Source: Paraspadella gotoi
Taxonomy: Eukaryota; Animalia; Chaetognatha
Direction of reading: 5' to 3'
Assembly: GCA_051294375.1 (NCBI GenBank)
Contig: CM119268.1
Location: 23,569,938-23,633,937 of the forward strand
Length of the DNA stretch: 64,000 nucleotides
In this document: positions 50,777 through 64,000 of the stretch, piece by piece
Position numbering within the stretch: the first letter of the stretch is position 1
Layout: every line of letters starts with the position of its first letter
Position numbers and translations under genes: made by a program
The notes under the pieces: model-generated
Databases searched by the model: none
Told to the model about the DNA's origin: nothing
Seen by the model: only the letters and a program-made list of their open reading frames with translations

Positions 50777-51982
50777 CTCTCTCACGGGAAAAGATTCGTC
50801 GATTAAGCAGACGAGAAAAATTATTACTTAGCTTAAATCGTTGGGAGGAAAAGAAAAGTAAGATAGAATAGATAAGGAAGGAAAGAGAGGAGTATAAAAA
50901 ATAAGATAGGCTTAAAAAGGAGAGGAAAGATTAGGAAGGAGAGAGAAAAGAAGAAAAAAAAAGAAAGGTTTAAAAGAAAAGATAGGAAAGATTAGAAAGG
51001 AAAGAGATTGTTAATCCATTAATCTTAAATCGCTTAATCTTTAATCTTTGATCCAATATTCTTTGATATATAATCCCCTAATTAATTCATTTATCTTTAA
51101 TATTTTATAAATCAATCGTTAATATTTATTCTTAACTACTTCCCACGACGAATTTTCCCTAAAATTTCTGTGATTTTTCCCCACTAAAGTCACAGTCACA
51201 GTCCGCGGTTCACAAAAACCCCCGAGTTTTTCGTTTTCACCCACTAACGAAATTATTCTTTCTGTTTTGACAGAAGAAAAATAGAAAATGTAAACAAACG
51301 AAATCATGATTTGAATGGACGTGACTTTCAGTTCAGTTCAGACTTTCAGTTTCAGACTTTCACTTTCAGTTCAGACTTTCAGTTCAAACTTCAAAGGAAC
51401 CGACGCTTGTGAAAAAGTTCACCTCCCAAAAAAGTTCACCTCCCAAAAAGCGGAGTCACAATTTCTAAATGTTCTAATTGTAAATACAACGAGTCAATAG
51501 TATTTTCACGGAGTTCGCCTTAACTGACCAAATCGTTGTGAATTATAAGACGTCGGATCGATCCAAAAGAGTTTCACAAAAAAAAAAANNNNNNNNNNNN
51601 NNNNNNNNNNNNNNNNNNNNNNNNNNNNNNNNNNNNNNNNNNNNNNNNNNNNNNNNNNNNNNNNNNNNNNNNNNNNNNNNNNNNNNNNNNNNNNNNNNNN
51701 NNNNNNNNNNNNNNNNNNNNNNNNNNNNNNNNNNNNNNNNNNNNNNNNNNNNNNNNNNNNNNNNNNNNNNNNNNNNNNNNNNNNNNNNNNNNNNNNNNNN
51801 NNNNNNNNNNNNNNNNNNNNNNNNNNNNNNNGGGGGGCAGTTTACCCCTGAGAATTTTCCTCTCGTGAAAAGAAAATTGTTGAAGAGAAAAATCGTTAGC
51901 GAATTTGAAGAAAAGAGAAGGGAGGTTAGAGGAAGGGGGAGGGAGATAGCGGGAGAGGATAGTGGGGGAGGATAGTGGGGGA

Positions 51983-52262
51983 GTCAAGTCAAGTCAAAGG
52001 TCAAGTCAAAGGTACAGTCAACTAAAGTCAAGTCTTATGAGGTCAGGTCAAATCAAAATCAAGTCAAGTCAAGTCAAGTCAAGTCAAGTCAAGTCAAGTC
52101 AAGTCAAGTCAAGTCAAGTCAAGTCAAGTCAAGTCAAGTCAAGTCAACTCAAGTCAATCAAGTCAAGTAGGTCAAGTTATATCAACCCAAGTAAATCCAA
52201 GTCATAAGTCGTAAGTCATAAGTCCAGTCAAGCCAAAAGTAAAGTCAATCCCAGTCAGTCAA
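51983..52262. repeat. (AAGTC)n pentanucleotide microsatellite with degenerate flanks
   Basis: Perfect core at ~52058-52146. Confidence 0.93.
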
Positions 52263-52493
52263 GCATAGAAAAGTAAAGTGGAGATGCCTCAATGTCTATC
52301 CGCACGCCTCAGCCGTTTTGCTTGCAACGATTGCTTCCTTCGCGTTGAAAGCTTGGGAAGTAACTTAAGCGTCGAAGGAATAAAATGAGTCGAGTATTTA
52401 GCGTGAAAATTCACGTGAGATTTAATATTTTCAACGCGACAGATAATTAAGGGGATGACGACGACGATGATGATAATGATGATGATGATTAGA

Positions 52494-52525
<32 letters not shown>

Positions 52526-52701
52526 TAGAGAGAGAGAGAAAGCGCTTCACAGACAGAGACAGAGAACCCTTTGATCAGAGTTTATCGAGAGAGAGACAAA
52601 AATAACCGAAAGAAAGAAAATCAATCATCCGGAAAAGAATGTGCATTTATTCGGGGGGATGGAGAGAGAGAGGGAGAGAGAGAGGGAGAGAGAGAGGGAG
52701 A

Positions 52702-52732
<31 letters not shown>

Positions 52733-53965
52733 GGGGTAAGAGGAGTAGTGATGACCGGGAATGATAAAGAAAAAGATGTGATAAAGTCAATCTTTCTCTT
52801 CCCCCCTCCCTCTCTCCCTCTTTCCTCCCTCTCTCCATCTTTCCTCCCTCTCTTTCTCGTTCCACACTCTCTCCTTTTTACTCCCTCTCTCCTTCTTTCC
52901 TCCTTCTCTCCCTCTTTCCTACTTCTCCCCCTCTTTCCTCCCTCTTTCCTCTTTCTCTCCCTCTTTCTTCCATCTCTCCCCCTCNNNNNNNNNNNNNNNN
53001 NNNNNNNNNNNNNNNNNNNNNNNNNNNNNNNNNNNNNNNNNNNNNNNNNNNNNNNNNNNNNNNNNNNNNNNNNNNNNNNNNNNNNNNNNNNNNNNNNNNN
53101 NNNNNNNNNNNNNNNNNNNNNNNNNNNNNNNNNNNNNNNNNNNNNNNNNNNNNNNNNNNNNNNNNNNNNNNNNNNNNNNNNNNNNNNNNNNNNNNNNNNN
53201 NNNNNNNNNNNNNNNNNNNNNNNNNNNNNNNNNNNNNNNNNNNNNNNNNNNNNNNNNNNNNNNNNNNNNNNNNNNNNNNNNNNNNNNNNNNNNNNNNNNN
53301 NNNNNNNNNNNNNNNNNNNNNNNNNNNNNNNNNNNNNNNNNNNNNNNNNNNNNNNNNNNNNNNNNNNNNNNNNNNNNNNNNNNNNNNNNNNNNNNNNNNN
53401 NNNNNNNNNNNNNNNNNNNNNNNNNNNNNNNNNNNNNNNNNNNNNNNNNNNNNNNNNNNNNNNNNNNNNNNNNNNNNNNNNNNNNNNNNNNNNNNNNNNN
53501 NNNNNNNNNNNNNNNNNNNNNNNNNNNNNNNNNNNNNNNNNTCCCTCTCTCCCTCTTTCCTCTTTCTCTCCTTCTTTCCTCCCTCTATCCCTCTGCAAGT
53601 GAGAAGAAATAATATTTCTTTTTTTTGTTTCTTCGACGAAAACCGGAAAATTTTCGGGATTTTTCTTTGAAGTTGAGAGAGAGAGAGNNNNNNNNNNNNN
53701 NNNNNNNNNNNNNNNNNNNNNNNNNNNNNNNNNNNNNNNNNNNNNNNNNNNNNNNNNNNNNNNNNNNNNNNNNNNNNNNNNNNNNNNNNNNNNNNNNNNN
53801 NNNNNNNNNNNNNNNNNNNNNNNNNNNNNNNNNNNNNNNNNNNNAGAGAGAGAGAGTGAGAAAGAGATCCGTCATTGATCAGCATAGTAAGACAGAGATG
53901 AAGTCTATTTTCTTCGGTCTCGATCCGGTGACCTCTCAGTCGTCGACGAATCAACGCGTCTGTCG

Positions 53966-53999
<34 letters not shown>

Positions 54000-54683
54000 C
54001 GTCGTCGTCGTCGTCGTCCTCGTTGTCGTCGTCGTCGTCATCATCGTCGTTGTTTTCTTTGTTGCCAATCTTATCTAATGTCAATTCACATTATTGATAA
54101 AAGATATAGAAGAAAGGATAAGTTGGGTCAAAAGGTGAAAGAGAAGGTGAAAGAGAGGTGAAAGAGAGGTTCGGGGGTCGATTGGACCCGAACTTGACCC
54201 ACGAGTGACCCAAAGATCAGAGGTTTGGGTCACAACGAAAACTGGGTTAAGTATAAAGAGAGAGGGAGAGAAAGGGAGAGGGAGAGCGAGATGGAGAATA
54301 AGGCGTAGTAAAATTTCTAAATTTAACTTTAATTAAAATTCTAAAAGTGAGGAACGAACAACATTATACGAATAAACATTTATGTAATAAAAAATTTATA
54401 ATAAATTTTAAAATTTACGCAGTAGGTCATATTTATACTAGTACTAAACCAATAAATGTTAAAATTTCAAAACAGTTTTTTCTAATATTTTTTTGCAGAT
54501 TTGGATTTGTTATAAAAAGTTGATAAAAAGAAATATGACTATTTTTTAAAAATTCCTTCATTAAATAGGTCAAAAATGAGAAAAAGCTATATTTTAAGCC
54601 AAAAATTAATGCAGAAAAAAAAGAGCAAATACTTGAAAAAAGAACAAAGAGTTTTAGTCTCTCTCTCTTATACTCTTCTCTCT

Positions 54684-54752
<69 letters not shown>

Positions 54753-54897
54753 AACGACGAATCGCTAAAAGAAAAATGAGAAGTCTTGCCTAAGAAATGG
54801 AACAAAAGTAAAAAGCAAATATTCTCGCAGTCCGGGGAAAAAAAAATGAGGGGAAAAGAGAGAGAGAGAGAGAGAGAGAGAAGAGAGAGAGAGGAGA

Positions 54898-54929
<32 letters not shown>

Positions 54930-55015
54930 AGAGAGAGAGAGTGAAAGAGAGAATCGTTCATCCGCGCCCTAATTTTTAACGAGAGTGAGACGATAGGCAA
55001 TAGGTGAGGAGAACG

Positions 55016-55084
<69 letters not shown>

Positions 55085-55617
55085 AGAAAAGGATGAGGAT
55101 AAGATCTCTTCTGNNNNNNNNNNNNNNNNNNNNNNNNNNNNNNNNNNNNNNNNNNNNNNNNNNNNNNNNNNNNNNNNNNNNNNNNNNNNNNNNNNNNNNN
55201 NNNNNNNNNNNNNNNNNNNNNNNNNNNNNNNNNNNNNNNNNNNNNNNNNNNNNNNNNNNNNNNNNNNNNNNNNNNNNNNNNNNNNNNNNNNNNNNNNNNN
55301 NNNNNNNNNNNNNNNNNNNNNNNNNNNNNNNNNNNNNNNNNNNNNNNNNNNNNNNNNNNNNNNNNNNNNNNNNNNNNNNNNNNNNNNNNNNNNNNNNNNN
55401 NNNNNNNNNNNNNNNNNNNNNNNNNNNNNNNNNNNNNNNNNNNNNNNNNNNNNNNNNNNNNNNNNNNNNNNNNNNNNNNNNNNNNNNNNNNNNNNNNNNN
55501 NNNNNNNNNNNNNNNNNNNNNNNNNNTGCTCTTTTCTGCTTGCTCTTTTCTCTTCAATTCTCTTATCTTTTCCTTTATCTTAAGCCCTTTTTTTATATTA
55601 TAATACTTTGCCAGTTT

Positions 55618-55783
55618 TTCCGTTACTCAGTGCCACATTACCATTTAGATTTTACCACTTAATCTTTAATATTCGTTTCTCAGTGCCACATTACCATTTA
55701 GATTTAACCACTTAATTTTTAATATTCGTTTCTCAGTACCACATTACCATTAATATTTTACCACTTAATCTTTAATTTTCGTA
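55618..55783. repeat. ~53-bp tandem repeat x3
   Basis: Unit ttcgtttctcagtgccacattaccatttagatttaaccacttaatttttaata. Confidence 0.9.
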
Positions 55784-55859
55784 CATGTGCAATTTCATTT
55801 TTTTCTTTCTCTTTTTTCTTAATTCATATTTCAGTTCCGACGCCAAGCAGCTGTTTCAT

Positions 55860-55995
<136 letters not shown>

Positions 55996-56121
55996 CGTTA
56001 CGAGTTTAAACACTTTTCAAATTTCAGTCTTCTAAATTTTTTTCTTCAAAATAAGGGGCGTCTCTATTTTTTAAAATGTCTTGACATTTGACGCCTGACA
56101 AAAAATACTTTCATTCATCAT

Positions 56122-56161
<40 letters not shown>

Positions 56162-56850
56162 TGGAACTTTTAGAAGGTTTTTATTGAACTTTTTGAAAGT
56201 GCTCAACAATAATAATTGTATAATAAAGAGAACAGAAATGTTAAAGTGACGCAAAAAATATAATACTTTTTATTATGTTAGAGAAGGAATGTTGTGGGCG
56301 ATAAACAATAAAGATATATTGTATATATGTTTTATTCGTTTACAACAATTATTTGAAACAATACATTCAAGTGACCATACAGCATTACAGATAAACGCAT
56401 AAATTGTACAATTTACAATTCAACTAAATATAAAAATTTAAATTAACAGAACGAAAAAAAATTAACAATAAGCTGACAAGATTTTTAGAATATTGTTTCT
56501 AGAGGAAAACAGGATTCAAAATTTTTGGATCTACAAGCTAAAATTTTGTAGATATCATTATATCCAAATTATGATGATCTTATTCTCAGAATTGTTTCCA
56601 TCTCCTCGTCTCGACTCGATGAAGCTAATAAAACATAAATAATAATAAGAAGTAGTAATCATGAGTCTTGATTAAAAATCTTGCAGGGTCCCGTCTTGTA
56701 AGAGGGATTGAGTCCATAAACCACCAAAGTCCGTCCAAAGTCAGGGGCAAGATAGCTTATTTAATAAATAAATGAATAATATTTATATTGGTTGTACAAA
56801 TAAATGTGAATTAAATGCAACTGAATATATTCTGATAATATACTGTTGTA

Positions 56851-56967
56851 TCAAAACTGTAGTGTCGCGTTTAGAGCTGAGGTCGATTCTTCAGATGAGA
56901 AATTCGAAAGAGGGATTCCAGGAAATGCTGCGGCTGGGGAGGCGGCATGCTGCTGCTGCTGCATTTG
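56851..56967 (-). other. Candidate terminal coding exon of an unidentified minus-strand gene
   Basis: Acceptor ..tttttctgcgccgtaacag|, reads QMQQQQHAASPAAAFPGIPLSNFSSEESTSALNATLQF*. Confidence 0.3.
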
Positions 56968-58201
56968 CTGTTACGGCGCAGAAAAACATTCCTTTGGTCA
57001 GAAGGAAAAAGAAAGAAACAAAAGGAGAAAAAAAATACTTCAAATCCTTAAATCGTTTTTGGGCAAAGAAGAGAGGAAGACGGACGAAGGGAGAGGTAGG
57101 GGGACGAGACAGAAGAGAGAGACGAGCAGAGCAGAGCCAGGGAGAGAGAAGAGAGAGACGCAGGGGACGGAGGAGAAGCAACGGTAAAGGGAGACGAGAC
57201 CGCAGAGAGAGAGGGTGAGGCGCAGGGAGGAAGAAGGGATAAGGAAGAGAGAGACCGCACGAGAGAAGAGAAGGTGAGAGGAGGAGGGTGAGGAGGGAGA
57301 GGAGAGGAGGGAAATGAAGAAAGGCGGATGAGGAGAGAAGAGGAGGGGAGAGAGGAGTGTATAGGAGGAGGGCGTGGATTTAGGATGTAGTGGGGAGGAG
57401 TGGGTAGAGGAGGATAGGTGGGAGTGGGAGATTGAGGGTTCCGGAGTGGAGAAGTAGAGAGGACCGAGAAGAGGAGGTGGGTTAAGTGCGAAGAAGGAGG
57501 ATGTGTCTTAGAAGAAGCGGAAAGGGAGAGAGAGACGAGAGAGCAGAGAGAGAGCACAAGAGAGAGCGGGTTGAGGCAAGAGAGAGGGAGCGGACGGCGA
57601 GAAGAAGGGAAAGGGAGACGAGAGATGAGAGAGAGCAGGGGTCAGGGCAGAAGGCGAAAGGACCGATAGAGAGCAGCAGCAGACAGCGAGAGAGATCGAA
57701 AAACGGAGTGGAAAGAAGAGAGGGCCTAGGTAAAGGAGAATCGCGAAAAATTTGGGTAGGTGAAGGAAAGAGAAGTTAAAGGAATAGAAGGAAAAGAACA
57801 AAAGAATTCTGTGATAGAAATATGAAAGAAGAAGAGAGAGTATCCTGATGCCAAAGTAGATAAATGGAATAACTTCTCTTCTCTCCTCTCTCTCTCTCTC
57901 TCTTCCTCTTCTCACATTCTCATCCAACTGAACATTGAGTTCTTAAACCGTGAAAAGAATGAAAACATCTTTACGCTTCTTTTCCAACAAAAATCAATTC
58001 AAACTCTCTCTCTCTCTCTCACTCCCTGTCTCTGCTTTGTTTATTGTTTAACCGCCTTCTTTCACAAGAATCTTACTTGTATCTGTTGTGTTGGTGTTAC
58101 CCTTGGATTCGCTTCTCCCAGTTTAACCGCCGCCTGATATTTTCTCCCCTCACTTTAGACAAGATGGTGAACCGCGATGAGAACTAAGTCTCGGGTGAAC
58201 T

Positions 58202-58240
<39 letters not shown>

Positions 58241-59522
58241 CTTCTCACTCTTTTCCACCCTCCTTTCATCTTTTTCTCTCTCTATCATTCTCTCGCTTTT
58301 TCTCCCTCTCGCCCTATTTGTAACTTTGTCTTTCTTTTTTTCTCTTATCTTTTTCATGTCCTTCTAAGAAAATGGTAAAACTTTCTCCTCCTCCCTCTCC
58401 TCCTCCTCCTCCTCCTCCTCATTTAATGATGTTTATTCCATCTTTAAGTCTTTAGTATCGCGACTCAACTTCGACTTCCGGAACCAAAACAACAAAACAA
58501 ACTTGTTTTCGCTTTGAAAGTGTTTCGCTTAAACTTTAAAGAAATGTATTTTAAATAAATGAAAAAATACAACATTTTTAAAAAATTCAATCACATTACA
58601 ATATGATGAAAAATTAAATATTATGCCCCTTCATTAATAGGGAAGCCGGGTACTCGGGGAGTGAATAAACGAGACTGTGAGAGAGTCTTGATTGAAAGCT
58701 TGCAAGGACCTGCTGTGTCATTATCTTGTGAGAGTGATTAAAGCCTTAAACCACCAAAGCCTGTCTAAAGTCAGTTATTAAATGAATGGATAATTCTATG
58801 TTGGATGTAGTAGTTTTTGTAGTACTGTACTACATTGTAGTACAGTACCATCCGTCTGGAATTTCTGAGACGGCAAGCTCTGTAACTCGAGTACAAATGA
58901 TAATTCGAAAGGGAGTTTTTGTCTTGTTATCGAGTACTCATACGGCTACTCTCCCTTCGGTAAGCCATTGCTCTACGACCACTTTTGGGACATAGCAGTT
59001 TATTGTAAAATTTAACCATGAGTGGGATTCGAATCCTTTCATTCCATTCCACGTCGAAGTCTTAGTTTTTTCATAATTGATTTTGAGATATATTAACGTT
59101 TTTATTATTTAAAACTGTTATATCATCGCAGAAAACGGATTGACCGTGTAGCCTGTCTCGCTTGTCATTATGAAAAAGTTCAAGATTATTTGTTTTACTA
59201 TATTCGACTTTAAATTGTTATTAAGATTAAAAAATAAATGTAAAAATTGAATATATTTCAATATATTTTAATTTTAACTGTCTTTCCCAATTTTACTTAT
59301 ATTCTTTATATAAAGTATATAAACATTATGTCGTTCGTATAGAAGAAATCGATGGCTTTAATGTTGGCATAAAGAGAAAGAGGAAGAGGAAGAGGAAGAG
59401 GAAGAGGAGGAAGAGGATATGAATTTGGCGGCGGTCACGTGACGTGAAAGGTCGACGGGACAGCGTCACGTGATTACTGAAAAGTGGTCAGTCCGACTGA
59501 TCACCAGGAAGACGGATGGGAA

Positions 59523-59558
<36 letters not shown>

Positions 59559-59587
59559 GAGAGAGAGAGAGAGGGAGAAGAGAGAGA

Positions 59588-59619
<32 letters not shown>

Positions 59620-60045
59620 TAGAGAGAAACCGAGGAGAGCAGGTAGGTAGGGTAAAAAAATACAATAATTTGTAATATGAGAAAGGCAGTACAAATTCTT
59701 AAGTTCTAATTTAAAAAGACTTTTGTTCTCTTCTTCGATTTAAATTTGTTACGTCAGAGGGCGATCACACTCGGGAAGAAACTTTTCTCGTTGAACAAAT
59801 GAACAGCGAAAAAAGGGAATTTTTAACTGAAAGAAATTAAAAAGTGTTTAAATGTCAAAAGGAAATGAAAACCGAAAACTAAAACAAAAACAAAACAAAG
59901 AAACAGTAATATTGTTTTGTTTTTTATGCGAAACGGATTCGGGATTTTAATTTGGCGGAGAGAAGATCAGCGACCTTTTTTGTCCTGAATCCTTTTTGGC
60001 TTTGAACTTGGAGCATGACCCTATCCAGATTCTCCAGGTGTGTTT

Positions 60046-60078
<33 letters not shown>

Positions 60079-60540
60079 TAATTTGAGAACATAGACTTAA
60101 GAGATAAAAAAATTTATTCATAGACATTTTAGAATTCTCCCTTAATTAATCTTCGTCATTAATAATTAATATTATTATCATAATTTGTATTTAAATGAAC
60201 GTCTCAATTAACTCAAAAATGAAGTACAAAAAAAAAAAAATGATATGCATATAGAAAGAAAATCAAGATTCAGATTTTGAAAATTCATAATTCAGATTCC
60301 AGGTGGATGAATTAATCTTCACCAAATTTCGTCGGGTAAGGATTTGGTTCGCGGCGAAAGTAAGTTCAGCTGGGATTCTCTCTCATCACAGGAGAATGGG
60401 AAAAGGTAAGTAAGCAGGTCACGAGGATCGCAGCTGGTTCCGGGAAAAGCCTTACCTTCTGCTTAAGTTGTCTTCAAACGAACAACTCTTTAATCTTTGT
60501 TTGAAATTGTGTTTTTATATAACTGGTTAGACTAATATAA

Positions 60541-60676
60541 ATTATTCAATCATTTAATAAATAAACTATCTCTCCCCTGATTTTGGATAGGCTTTTGTGG
60601 TTTAAGGCCTCCATCACTCTGACAAGATAGTAATAAAGTTTAATTGCAGGACCCTGTAAGGTTTTAATCGAGACTT
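60541..60676 (+). mobile_element. ~130-bp unclassified interspersed repeat; other copies at ~9690-9790, 30860-30935, 39765-39840 (+) and 56660-56780, 58680-58795 (-)
   Basis: Shared core catttaataaataa(g/a)ctatct..cccctga..ggcttt(g/t)gtggtttaa..cctccatcact in both orientations. Confidence 0.75.
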
Positions 60677-62162
60677 TATCTCTTTTAAGGGTTTCCTTTC
60701 AATTTTAATAAAATATTTTATTTTTTTGTTGTCATTTTGTATAGTTCAGTCATATGTAATGTTATAAAATTGTTTATTTACACTAGTATTTGTATTTAAT
60801 TGATCGTTGTATTTTTTTAAACCTTAATTTTTCTTTCTTTTCAGTTCCCACGACGAAACCATAAATGCGAGGGTCAGAACATCTGGACGACGACGACTAT
60901 GACGACGATCCACGGTTGTCAAGGAGACGATACCGCTGGGAAAACAACAAAGTAAAGAAGCAAAACAAATAAGGATAGAAAATACGAAACAAAAGACGAA
61001 ACAAGTTTCGGCGAAAAGAAAAAAAAACAAAAGGAAATCAAATTAATTCTCTTCCTCCGAGAGATGAAGGGAGGAGGAGGAGGAGGAGGAGGAGGAAGAA
61101 GAAGAGGGGAGGGAAATACAAATAATTTATTAAATTACAATATTAAATGTGTTCGAGTGGAAAAAGTCAATATGAATTCATTGAGAAGAGAAGAGAAGAG
61201 GAAAATTGACTCTAGTTTCCATTCGTTTGATGTCTTGTGTAATTTCATGTTGTTATGTGTTGTTTTGAGTTATATATTGTTATGGTTGGGGCTTTGTTTC
61301 TTTGTATCATATATCCATTAACGATGAACAAAGAAAGATTTTCCGCGGTTGAAATTTTATTTTCGAAATTTTATTTTAATAGTATGTATAAATAAATGAT
61401 TGTTTTATGAAATGAATTGAGAGAAGATTTCATAAAAAGAGCGATGCCATCTAAATCGTATTCACTGCCATAGGGATTGTCACCAGATGGCATTTGGTCG
61501 CGTTCTTTTCCCAACTTTTTTGGTCTTTGATGGAATCTGACCTTAGTTGTCCAGACGAAGATTCCACTAAAATCAAAAATAACAAAATCGGATTCCATTA
61601 GAATCCGATTCTTTAAACACTAATCGATTATCCCTGAAAGAAATACTTTATCCTCTTATTTTCTTTGTTCTGTTGTTGACCTGAGAAAAGTGGAATGACC
61701 ACCTGAGGGAAGTTATTGTCTTTGTCGTTGTTGTTGTAAATTTTTTACTCATTGTTGTCTTCGGGTTTTATTTTATTTTAAAATATTTTCATTTAAAAGA
61801 AAATTATTAATATTTACTAAAAAAATCAATGAAATTGATGATAAAATATTTAGCTCTATGTGACACCTGCACTTGTTTTTCTTCTTAAGTTAAAAAAGAG
61901 TGAAAAAGAGAAACAACTAGATAATAAAGCCAAAACAAGTTACCTATTAAATTTTCAAATAGAGTCAAAGAGTAAAATCACTACAGTATCATATACACTT
62001 TCTATCTTTTGAAATAATTTTAAAAAAGTATGGTTTTAATTAATATCCAATTTTATTAGTAGTAGCTTTCACTTACTTTAGAATTGTTAGTATACTACAT
62101 ATAGTCAATTTTTCATTTGGAATGTTTTTCATTGATACTTAATATACTTAATATACTAAAAG

Positions 62163-63233
62163 TAGGGTAGTCTGGTGATTTTTTATTAAGAAAATTTTTT
62201 TTCACGTGGTGTCATGTAGCAGACATCGTTAGCTTTCATATGATACCTCACATGATGCATTAAAATTATTTTATGATAGCATTATGACATAAAAAAAATT
62301 GTGATATTTTTTTTCTGCCAGGCCTCGTAGACACAGCTAAAACTTAAAATTTAAAAATCTGATAATACAGTCTTTTAGCCCTATGTCAGTAGTTTTTAAA
62401 TCAGGGGGAACAAAGTTTAAACTCCTAAATTATTATATTTAAATCATATGTTTTTTAAGGTTCCTACATGAATTTTTTAAATTTTTTTGTTTTCAACAAA
62501 ATGATAATCATTATCCTTAGTAATTATATAAACATTTGAGGTATAGAAAAATTTTTTTTATATCAGAAACATAATTTAATCTTTTCTCTTTCAGAATCTA
62601 TATTTATTTATTTTTTTAAATGTGGTCAAGTGTGTTTAATTTAATTTCAAAAGTTGTTATACTTTTGACTAAGATTCCGATCAAGATTTTAAAAATATCC
62701 TTTGAAACATTTTAAAACAATTATATGGAAAAGATGCCCCATAATTATGGCTTTAATTTGATACCAGTCTCATCGTTCTATCATTTTTGGTTCAAAAGAT
62801 ATCAAAGAAAATCAATTTTTTTATTATCAATTGACTCGGCCAAAGCTAAAAATTTAGGTAGAACCAAACCAAACAACTTGCTTTCAAGGCATATCGCGTC
62901 TATGCGCGTATACGTAGGTCAATTTTAAAAACAGATTTAGAATCCTCAAACGCATATTTACTAGTAACCTGACGACATCAAGTGATGGAAGTTCCGTTCT
63001 CTTATTATATCAAAAAGAAAAATTAATTCTAATATATTTAGTTAATATCTATCGATTTCAATGAAAAAAAAGGCACTAGATATATATCATGTGATTGAAC
63101 AATGTTTTGCACTAATAATTTTATAAATTTTATGTATTTTGTAAGTATTTTAATTATTTTTTTTCAGTGAGTAAAATAACAACTTTTTTATTCGCTAATT
63201 TTTATCTCGGACGCTTAACGCCAGACTTCCCTA
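62163..63233. mobile_element. Non-autonomous TIR DNA transposon (~1.07 kb)
   Basis: TIRs TAGGGTAGTCTGGTG / CGCCAGACTTCCCTA (13/15 match) flanked by the direct repeat CTAAAAG (62156-62162, 63234-63240); no internal transposase ORF. Confidence 0.65.
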
Positions 63234-64000
63234 CTAAAAGATGAAAACTTTGACATTTACCACTTGTAATTTCAGTACAATCAGTTCCCAATACATTGCC
63301 AAATATCCGAATACTAAATCTACTACAAAAATATCGGCCTGATTTTCCCAGAACGCCCCATTTCGTCTTAAACTCGGAATTAATTGGAATTAATCTTTAT
63401 GTTTAAAGATTAGGTTAAACGTTTGGGTTAAGGATTAAATTAACGATAAAGGTGTGGGATTAGGTTAGTAACTACAGTTAGAAATAAGTTTTAGGGATTA
63501 AGATTTAGGGTTAGGGGTTCAGGTTAATGATTAAGGATTAAGATTTAGGCTTTTGACTTAAAAATTAGGGTTGTGAGTTTGGTAATAAATTAATATTAAA
63601 ATTTAATGTTATATTGAAGTTACATAATTAAGTAACTGAAATGAAGCATTTTCGGCAAAGAGAGCCAATAAAGTCTACGCGATCCCACGCGCCATCTTCA
63701 GCCATGAAGCGGCTTTTTGTCATCAGCGACGTAACGACGACGACGACAACAAACAATGAAGCCTAAGACGATGATCGTGAGAAAGAGAAGAATGGTGACA
63801 ACTGCGAGTCCAATGATGAGCATCTCGGGGTCGTGAGATTTGAAAAAGGAAGTGACCTTGTTGTCATTGTTATCATTGATTTTACTTTTGTCTTTCTTGC
63901 ATTTCCGACCTTAAAAAAAAAGTTTTTTTGGGATTAACTGTTTAGTATTTCTATAAAAAATATCTCATTTTTGTGGTTAAATCCCATAAAATTATTATAC

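Noticed and set aside
57060-57780. Purine-rich ORFs of 97-169 aa
   Set aside because: Looks like a noisy read through a GA-rich repeat; low complexity with no recognisable domain.
59924-61640. Short unique islands with ORFs (59924-60127, 60824-61030, 61371-61598)
   Set aside because: No recognisable homology, and I could not assemble consistent splice sites and phases; left uncalled.
63410-63585. TTAGGG-like motifs as an interstitial telomere
   Set aside because: Only one or two exact units in a degenerate 6-bp-periodic tract; similar tracts occur at ~6690-6740 and ~16381-16400.

Overview
AT-rich eukaryotic (metazoan, probably invertebrate) draft-assembly window dominated by (GA)n, (GTC)n and (GAT)n microsatellites, N-gaps and small non-autonomous mobile elements. 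Nearly all long ORFs in the six-frame track are microsatellite or gap artefacts. Two genes can be reconstructed by hand. (1) A two-coding-exon fringe glycosyltransferase gene (Notch O-fucose beta-1,3-GlcNAc transferase) on the minus strand, 23042..20515. (2) An unrecognised 4-exon plus-strand gene, 13060..17846, convergent with fringe. It encodes a ~245-aa signal-peptide protein with two homologous 8-Cys modules, a Ser/Gly spacer and a hydrophobic C-terminus, and its stop codon lies in a minisatellite unit next to a hAT-type MITE. The fringe locus recurs as a direct copy (32295-40025), a short extra copy (31154-32269) and an inverted copy (42187-50120). These copies are full of indels and sit against exact 25-N gaps, so they look largely like long-read gap-filling or haplotype artefacts, although the inverted copy has real structural differences. 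Also present are DINE-1/HINE-like elements, a tRNA-derived SINE family, a second TIR element, a perfect 89-bp-arm hairpin insertion, and several orphan exon candidates, one with a single in-frame TGA.
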